Of a stretch of DNA of 64,000 nucleotides, positions 51,444 to 59,700 are shown one piece after another. The translations under genes and the position numbers were made by a program. Each line of letters starts with the position of its first letter. The first letter of the stretch is position 1. Source of the stretch: Desulfobacterales bacterium (GTDB taxonomy: Bacteria; Desulfobacterota; Desulfobacteria; Desulfobacterales; SpSt-501); contig JAUQXK010000140.1 of NCBI GenBank assembly GCA_030834695.1, positions 23,170-87,169 of the forward strand. Direction: 5' to 3'. The notes under the pieces are model-generated. The model did no database searches. It saw nothing but the letters and a program-made list of their open reading frames with translations, and was not told where the DNA came from.

Positions 51444-52135
51444 GCGAATATCCTCCTCCTTGCCGCGGCCATTGAAACGGCCGCGATGAGTTGCTCGACT
51501 TTGCGGATGTCCTTGCGTCCGGGGCCTGCCTCCACGCCCGAGCTGACGTCGATGGCGTCCGGCAATGCCGCGCGAACGGCCAGCGCGGCATTTTCCGGAG
51601 TAAGCCCGCCGGCCAGGATCAGGGGGTGGTGCCGGGCCAGGGGTCCGGCCCGGCCCCATTCCCAGTCCCGGGCGTTTCCGCCGGGCTGGGGGCCTTTTCC
51701 GCATTCCACCAGGAAGGCGGACGCATTGAACCGGGGTGCTTCCGCGAAGCCCGGCGCCCGATCGGCGAAGAGCGCCTTGATGACGAAGAGCCCCTGACCG
51801 AGCAGCCGGTCGACGAACTCCGGCGTCTCGCCGCCGTGGAGCTGGACGGCCGCCAAGCCGGTGCGATCAACGATGCGCATCACGTTCTTGAAGGACTCGT
51901 CCACAAAGACCCCCACGCAGGCGATCTCCGGCGGCAGCGCACGGCGGATCTCCGCGGCGATGGCCGTATTGACGTTCCGCGGGCTGCCGGAATAAAACAC
52001 GCAGCCGATGGCCGCCGCGCCCGCCCGGGCGCAGGCAAGCGCCTCTTCGACGCGGGTCAGCCCGCAGATCTTGACCTGGACGCCGAGGCCTTTTTCCGGA
52101 GATGCGCCGGCACCCGGCTGTTTAGTCTTCTGCAT
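51440..52135 (-). CDS. trpF: Phosphoribosylanthranilate isomerase
   Basis: Contains [19 protein letters not shown] and IDVSSGVE, which are TrpF motifs. It overlaps the trpB start by 4 nt. Its own start may lie further in (GTG near VQVKICG). Confidence 0.88.
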
Positions 52136-52931
52136 TTTCTTTTTCTCCCCTGAGCATTTTCAGAAAACCCGCCGGGTTTTCTGAACGGACCAGGCTTTCG
52201 CCGATCAGGAAATTGAACAGCCCCTGCTGCTGGTAGCGCCGAATATCCTCGCGGGTCTTGATCCCGCTGGCGGCCACGGCGGTCTGGCCCGGCCGCATCT
52301 GCGGCAGCAGGCCCAGGGTGTGGCCGAGGTCGGTGTCGAAGGACGCCAGGTTGCGGTTGTTGATGCCGATCAGGCGGGCGCCGGCGCAGCCGGCCGCCTG
52401 CAGGTCCGCCTCGGTATAGACTTCGACCAGGGCCGTGAGGCCGAGACCGGCGGCCAGGCCGATCAGATCGGCCAGCTCGGCCTCCGACAGAATCCGCACG
52501 ATCAGGAGCAGCGCGTCGGCCCCCATGGCGGCGGACTCATAGACCTGGTAGTCGCAGACGATGAAGTCCTTGCGCAGGACCGGAAGGGGCATGGCCGCGC
52601 GGGCGCGCACGAGATCAGCGGGCGAGCCCATAAAAAAATTCTTTTCGGTCAGCACCGATAGGGCCGCCGCGCCGCCGGCCGCATAGGCCGCCGCCAGGCC
52701 GGCCGGATCGAGATCCGCCCGGATCGCGCCCTTCGAGGGGGAGGCGCGCTTGACTTCGGCGATGATGTTGACGCCGGACGGGCCCGGCGCCTTGAGCGCG
52801 TCGCCGAACGGCCGGAGGTCCCGCCGCGCCTCGGCCGCTTCGCGCACGCGCTTCAACGGAACGTCCCGCCGGGCGGCCGCGACCTCCGCCCGCTTGGCGG
52901 CGACGATGCATTCTAAAATGTCATTGGGCAT
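52122..52931 (-). CDS. trpC: Indole-3-glycerol phosphate synthase
   Basis: Contains IIAEVKRASPSKG, LRKDFI, LVEVYTE and IGINNRNL, which are TrpC motifs. Confidence 0.93.
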   Translation of the reverse strand: MPNDILECIVAAKRAEVAAARRDVPLKRVREAAEARRDLRPFGDALKAPGPSGVNIIAEVKRASPSKGAIRADLDPAGLAAAYAAGGAAALSVLTEKNFFMGSPADLVRARAAMPLPVLRKDFIVCDYQVYESAAMGADALLLIVRILSEAELADLIGLAAGLGLTALVEVYTEADLQAAGCAGARLIGINNRNLASFDTDLGHTLGLLPQMRPGQTAVAASGIKTREDIRRYQQQGLFNFLIGESLVRSENPAGFLKMLRGEKENAED

Positions 52932-52950
52932 GTGGGTGTTCTCTCTGTCA

Positions 52951-53030
52951 AGGTTCAGTGGTTCAACGGTTCAGCGGTTAATGGGTTCAAGACAGTTTAT
53001 AACCCCTTTCAAACCGTGAGCCGTGAACCT
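52951..53030. repeat. GGTTCAN heptamer hairpin repeat (family C) in the trpC-trpD gap
   Basis: AGGTTCAGTGGTTCAACGGTTCAGCGGTT ... AACCGTGAGCCGTGAACCT, followed on the plus strand by T6. Confidence 0.8.
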
Positions 53031-53034
53031 TTTT

Positions 53035-54051
53035 TCATCCGTTCTCATTTGTGAAGGCGACCAACCGCTCCAGCTTGGTGCGCGCCGCGCCGGTGTCGAT
53101 CGACTCGACCGCCAGGCGCAGGCCGGCCTCGAAGGTGTCGGCCCGGCCGGCCGCCATGAGCGCCGCCGCAGCGTTGAGCAGCACGACCTCGCGCGCACCG
53201 CCCGGCTCTCCGCTCAGGATGCGCCGGGTCAGCGCGGCGTTGAAAGCCGGGTCGCCGCCGGCGACCTCGGCCGGAGCCGCCCGCCGGCCCAGGAAGCGCT
53301 CCGGCGCGATGTCATAGGTGCGGATGAGCCCGTCCCTCAGCTCGGTCACGCGGGTCGGCGCGCACGCCGAGACTTCGTCCAGGCCGTCGTGGCCGTGCAC
53401 GACCAGGGCGCGGCGCGAACCGAGCAGCCGCAGGGCTTCGGCGAACATCTCGGTCAGCTGCGGGGCATAGACCCCCAGCAGCTGGCAGTCGGCGCCGGCC
53501 GGGTTGGTGAGGGGGCCGAGCATGTTGAAGATGCTGCGGATCCCCAGCTCCTTGCGCGCCGCGGCCGCATGCCGCATGGCGCCGTGATAGAGCGGCGCAA
53601 ACAGGAAGCCGATGCCGATTTCCGCAACAGCCTCTTCCACCCGGTCGGGCGGGGTGTCGAGGTTGATTCCCAGGGCCTCGATCAGGTCGGCGCTGCCGCA
53701 GCGGCTGGAAACGGAGCGGTTGCCGTGCTTGGCCACGGTCACGCCGCAGCCGGCGACCACGAAAGCCGTGGTGGTCGAGATGTTGAAGGTGCCGGTGCCG
53801 TCTCCGCCCGTGCCGCAGGTGTCCACCACCGCCGGCGCCGCGGCCTGGATGCGCCCGGCGCGCCGGCGCATGGCGCGCGCGGCCCCGGCCAGCTCCTCGA
53901 AGGTCTCGCCCTTGGTGGCGAGCGCGGCCATGAAGGCCGTGATCAGGGCGTCCGAGAGCGCGCCCGAGAAGATCTCGCCGATCATCGCGGCCATCTGGTC
54001 GGCGCTCAGGTCCTGGCGCCGGGTGATCGTTCGCAGGTGTTCACGGAACAT
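53035..54051 (-). CDS. trpD: Anthranilate phosphoribosyltransferase
   Basis: Contains VDTCGTGGDGTGTFNISTT, VAKHGNRSVSS and NPAG, which are TrpD motifs. Confidence 0.94.
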   Translation of the reverse strand: MFREHLRTITRRQDLSADQMAAMIGEIFSGALSDALITAFMAALATKGETFEELAGAARAMRRRAGRIQAAAPAVVDTCGTGGDGTGTFNISTTTAFVVAGCGVTVAKHGNRSVSSRCGSADLIEALGINLDTPPDRVEEAVAEIGIGFLFAPLYHGAMRHAAAARKELGIRSIFNMLGPLTNPAGADCQLLGVYAPQLTEMFAEALRLLGSRRALVVHGHDGLDEVSACAPTRVTELRDGLIRTYDIAPERFLGRRAAPAEVAGGDPAFNAALTRRILSGEPGGAREVVLLNAAAALMAAGRADTFEAGLRLAVESIDTGAARTKLERLVAFTNENG

Positions 54052-54067
54052 AATGTCCTCCTGAAAA

Positions 54068-54108
54068 GGTTCAACGGTTCACGGTTCAGCGGTTTTCCAA
54101 CCGTGAAG
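54068..54108. repeat. GGTTCAN heptamer repeat (family C) upstream of trpD
   Basis: GGTTCAACGGTTCACGGTTCAGCGGTTttccAACCGTGAAGC. Confidence 0.75.
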
Positions 54109-54143
54109 CTGCCATACTCGATGCGGAAAGCCCCTTCCACATC

Positions 54144-54268
54144 TATGGCTTCGTAAGAAGGCCAAGATCAAGGCGCGCGAATCTCGCGGAGCGAGGCGCA
54201 CTGCCCGTACGCCGCAGGGACAGCGAGATGAAGCGCAACGCAGAGATTGGCCTTGTTACGAAGCCATC
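54144..54268 (+). repeat. 125-nt structured repeat, copy 4 (family A)
   Basis: Arms ATGGCTTCGTAA...TTACGAAGCCAT. The right end overlaps the trpG TGA stop (54267..54269). Confidence 0.9.
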
Positions 54269-54851
54269 ACCCATAAATCGTCTGATGGGTCATCTTTAAG
54301 AAATTGCGCAGCAGCCGCTTGCCCACGGTGGTCATGATGGATTCGGGGTGGAACTGCACGCCCTCCGTGGGGTGGCTGCGGTGGCGCAGGCCCATGACCT
54401 CGCCGTCCTCGGCTTCGGCGGTCACCTCCAGGCAATCGGGCAGCGACTCGCGCGCGACGGCCAGCGAATGGTAGCGCATGGCCTCGAACGGGCTCTGGAT
54501 TCCCTGGAACAGTTCGCGGCCGTCGGCCGTGACCGCCGAGGTCTTGCCGTGCATCAGCCGCCGGGCGGCCCGCACCTCTCCGCCGAAGGCCAGCGCGATG
54601 GCCTGATGCCCCAGGCAGACGCCCAGGATCGGGATCCGGCCCGAAAAGCGCCGGACGGCCGCGACAGTGATGCCCGCGTCCTCGGGCCGTCCCGGGCCCG
54701 GGGAGATGACCAGCCCCCGGGGGCCGAGGGCTTCAAGCTCCTCCAACGTCAGGCTGTTGTTGCGGGCGACCCGCACCTCCGCGCCCATCTGCATCAGGTA
54801 CTGGTAGAGGTTGTAGGTAAAGGAATCGAAGTTGTCGATCATGACCAGCAT
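54267..54851 (-). CDS. trpG: Anthranilate synthase component II (glutamine amidotransferase)
   Basis: Contains MLVMIDNFDSFTYNLYQY, the class-I GATase catalytic Cys in GVCLGHQ, and GVQFHPES. Confidence 0.94.
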   Translation of the reverse strand: MLVMIDNFDSFTYNLYQYLMQMGAEVRVARNNSLTLEELEALGPRGLVISPGPGRPEDAGITVAAVRRFSGRIPILGVCLGHQAIALAFGGEVRAARRLMHGKTSAVTADGRELFQGIQSPFEAMRYHSLAVARESLPDCLEVTAEAEDGEVMGLRHRSHPTEGVQFHPESIMTTVGKRLLRNFLKMTHQTIYG

Positions 54852-54913
54852 GGGGCCTCCTAAAGTTCATAAAGTGTCTAAAGTTGATGAACTCATCAAA
54901 AGCCGTCTCTTTC

Positions 54914-55036
54914 GATGGCAGCGTATAGCGGCCAAGATCAAGGCGCGCGAATCCCGCGGAGCGAGGCGTACTGGGAGTACGCCGCAGCGACTGCGAGATG
55001 AAGCGCAACGCCGAGATTGGTCTATATATGCTGCCA

Positions 55037-55038
<2 letters not shown>
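54914..55038 (+). repeat. 125-nt structured repeat, copy 5 (family A)
   Basis: Arms GATGGCAGCGTATA...TATATGCTGCCATC; the TTC-to-AGC change is compensated by GAA-to-GCT. The right end overlaps the trpE TGA stop (55037..55039). Confidence 0.9.
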
Positions 55039-56512
<1,474 letters not shown>

Positions 56513-56526
56513 GTTTCCTCCATAAC

Positions 56527-56564
56527 GCGAAAGGGCCGTGGGATGCTTCCCACGGCCCTTTCGC
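56527..56564 (-). promoter_or_regulatory. Strong hairpin immediately upstream of the trpE ribosome-binding site
   Basis: mRNA strand GCGAAAGGGCCGUGGGA-AGCA-UCCCACGGCCCUUUCGC (17-bp stem), ending 7 nt before the GGAGGA Shine-Dalgarno. One arm (UCCCACGGCCC) resembles the 3' arm of the upstream terminator (GCCCACGAUCC), so alternative pairings are possible. Confidence 0.6.
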
Positions 56565-56607
56565 AATAAAAAAGGATCGTGGGCTTTTATGGAGTTGCCC
56601 ACGATCC
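56565..56607 (-). terminator. Leader terminator (candidate trp attenuator)
   Basis: mRNA strand GGAUCGUGGGC-AACUCCAUAAAA-GCCCACGAUCC followed by UUUUUUAUU. It lies between the WWW leader ORF and trpE. Confidence 0.65.
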
Positions 56608-56641
56608 GTTGCGTCAGTTCAGCTGGTCTCGTTCGCGCAGG

Positions 56642-56722
56642 CTACCCCGTAGGATGGGCCCGCCACCACCATGAACAGCGTTTAAGGTTCGAATCAAATG
56701 TGTGGATCGTTTTCGGTTTCAT
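56642..56722 (-). CDS. trpL: Candidate trp operon leader peptide (26 aa, three consecutive Trp codons)
   Basis: ATG AAA CCG AAA ACG ATC CAC ACA TTT GAT TCG AAC CTT AAA CGC TGT TCA TGG TGG TGG CGG GCC CAT CCT ACG GGG TAG gives MKPKTIHTFDSNLKRCSWWWRAHPTG. A weak GGAAAG sits upstream. The ORF is about 35 nt upstream of a terminator hairpin and 130 nt upstream of trpE. Confidence 0.6.
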   Translation of the reverse strand: MKPKTIHTFDSNLKRCSWWWRAHPTG

Positions 56723-56795
56723 TTTTTTCTTTCCAAATCGGCGCCCAGCTTACCGGAATTTTTAAGCCTGTCAAGGCTTTTTTTGACGCTTCTCC

Positions 56796-59700
56796 TCACT
56801 CCGGTTTCTTGCCCTTCTTCGCCCCGGCCGCATCCAGCTTGCGCCGCAGCGAATTCAAATCTTTCGCGATCTGCTTCCGGGCTCCGGCCATGGCGATCAA
56901 GAAATCGATCTGATCCAGGACGGAGGCAAATTCGCGCGGGCTGCCCAGCAGGGCCGCATCGCGGTATTTATCGGCGATGAGCTTGGTCTGCCTGGCGGTC
57001 AGCTCGCCCTGACAAAGGACCTGCAACAGCTCGGCGTCGACCCGCATGACAAGGGTCCAAAAGCTCTTCTCCTTCTCGATCGCCCGGTCGAGCTCCGCCT
57101 GCACTTGATGGAGCAGCTGCAGCCGTTCCGAACCGGTTGCGTCGTTGAACGGCGGGATGCCTTTCTGCCATGCCAGGCAAACTTCCGCCGTCAGCCAGTT
57201 CAGCAGCGGATAGGCGTCGAAGCGGCCCTGGTCCTGGGCCAGCTCGAACGCGGCACGGTAGAAGTGGGTCATTTGGGCCAGCGCGGCTTCCCGGCCGTCT
57301 GCGCTGATCCAGGCCTTGCGCTTGTAGGAGCCGGCGAGCAGGGCCAGGCGCTCGCCGGTCTTGGCCAGAACGGGCCGGCCGACCCCATCCGGCTTCTCGC
57401 CGGATCCCGGAGTGAGCCCCATGACCATCTCCAACAGGTGAATGGCCTGGTCGATGTCGGGCAGGAGGGCCGCACAGTTTTCGCCGCTCATTTTACGGGC
57501 CGCCTCGCGGGCCTGAAGGTTGGCCAACTGTTCGATGTCCCTCAGGGTCATCTGGCCGTCTTCGGCATGCAGGGCCTTTTGATAGTAGCGGACGGCACGA
57601 TCGAAGGCCTTCGCCTCTCCGAAGGCCCGGCCCAGCGCGGCGCTGACGCTTCCATGCGCGAGCCAGTTCTTCTGCTTCAGCCAGCGTGCGGACGCCCGCA
57701 GGCGTTTCTGCTCGGCGGCCGTGTCGACCACGGCCATGGTCTTAAGCCGGGCGGCGGTGTTGTTGAGATTCGCCGCCGCCTCGGCGGGGCTCACCCAATC
57801 GATGCCGCGGCGCTCCGGGTCGCCGGCGTCCTGCCGGACCAGGCGATAGTCCGGGTCGCCGTAACATTGGAAGGCGCCCCAGGTGTTGGTGGTCCGATAG
57901 CGCTCGAACGTCGCCTGGCGCGCCGCCTTCACGGCCCGGCCGAACGGCAGGCCCTGCAGCATCTGCTGATAGAACGTGGTGGCGAATACCTCGGCGGCGG
58001 TGTCGACCACCGCCCACCCGGCAGCGACCACCGCGCGCACGCCCATGCGGATGAATTCGGTGGCCACGTTGGCGGCGATGCGGTTGTAGTCGCTGCGTTC
58101 GTTGCGTTCCTCCGGGCTGCGCTGATCTCCGCTCTCGATATACCCCAGGTGGCAGCAGTTGATGAACACCAGCTCCGGCACGAAGCGCATCTGCCGGACT
58201 TCCTGCGGCGAGAGCACGGCATCGTCCCCGATGATCATGCCGGTCACCGGCTGGACGGATGGTGGCTGCTTGGCGAGCAGCGGTTCGGAGAGCTTTTGGC
58301 CGCAGGTTTTGCAGTTGTCCGCGGTTGGGGGCCGATACCGATACACGCCATGGCCGGCCAGATGCAGCACCCGGTAGGCGCGGGCGTAAAGCGCGTGGAT
58401 CACCTGGCGGCTGTCCGGACGGATGCGCGTTTCCACTTGGAACCCGCCCTGGCCGGACAGCTCGCGGCTGACGGCCTCCGCTTCGGACTGCGCGCCCTTG
58501 AGCTCGGGATAGCGGCTGACCGGATCCCCGATCACCAGCGCCGTGGGCTCGGTGACCCCGCGGATCGAGCTGCGGAATTCCACCGCTTCGAGCTGCCGCA
58601 GCAGGCCGTGCTCGACGAACAGCGGTCGTTCGCTCTGGCTCCAGCGGTCGTCGAGCAGTTCCCAGGGGTAGCGCGCGGAGGCTTCGTCCAGCAGCAGCAC
58701 CAGGTCGTTCTGGGCCGTTGCGGCTTCCTTGATTTCGTTCGGCAGCAGCAGCTCATAAAGCGTTCGGGCGACCGTGCGGTTGTCCGACGTCATGCGGATG
58801 GACTGGGCGATGAATTGGTCCACCAGCGTCTGCTGGGTCGACAACAGGCGCACCTCGGTCCGCGCCCGGCGGGTGGACGCGGCGAACCGCAGGCCCCCGT
58901 CCCCGGCTTCGCCGGCCGGCTTGCCTCCCAGAATCTGCAGCCGCTGCCACCACCCCGGCGGCTCCTCGTAGCTGACACGGCAGAGCCCGCTTTCGCTGGG
59001 GTGCAGGTGCAGGCGGCCGTCGAAGTCGAAGTCGCCGCGGAGCGATTCCTGAGCCGTCAGCGACTTCAAGGCCTTGACGGCCAGAATGGCCTGATCCTGC
59101 CAGAGCTCGATGAATTCGATCTCGCGGATGCGTTCGCTCTGTTGGGCCGACGCCAGCGCGCGGTTGGCGTGCCGGACAGCCTCCAGAAGGGCGAAGATCG
59201 AGTCGCTCACCGGCATCCCGCCGGCCCCGGTCCCGATCAGGAGCGCGCTGACGCCCAAATCGTGCGACGCACGGCGGTCTTCTTGCGCATCGGCCGCATC
59301 GATGGCGAATTCGCGCCACTCGGCCACGTATTCCAGCAGGGCGCGCGCCGTGGTCTGGATCAGGGCGGACGCATTCAGGCTGCCGACGGTGCCCAGACCG
59401 ACGACGATCGCCCCCCGCGGCAGCGCCTTGGCGTTCGAACGCAGCCGGGGGTTGATGAAGATGGCGCTGGTGTCGAGGGCGCCCGGGTAGATGCCGAGCC
59501 GGTGGCGGCTGTCCAGCAGCCCTTCCAGAGTCGTGTCCAGGCTCTTTTCGGCGCTGATGATGGTGTCGCCGGCGTAATGACCGACGGCGACCGGATGGCG
59601 GGCATAGCGCAGGTTTCCATGAATGACCCGCACCGCCACCGCACGCTCGCGCCGGGGCCGCGGACGCCGGCGCGGGGATCCGCCGATGACGCCGGCGGCC

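Noticed and set aside
56684-56695. GGTTCGAATC, a tRNA T-loop-like string
   Set aside because: The flanking bases cannot form a T-stem or an acceptor stem. The string lies inside the candidate trp leader ORF on the opposite strand (codons F-D-S-N). It is not a tRNA.
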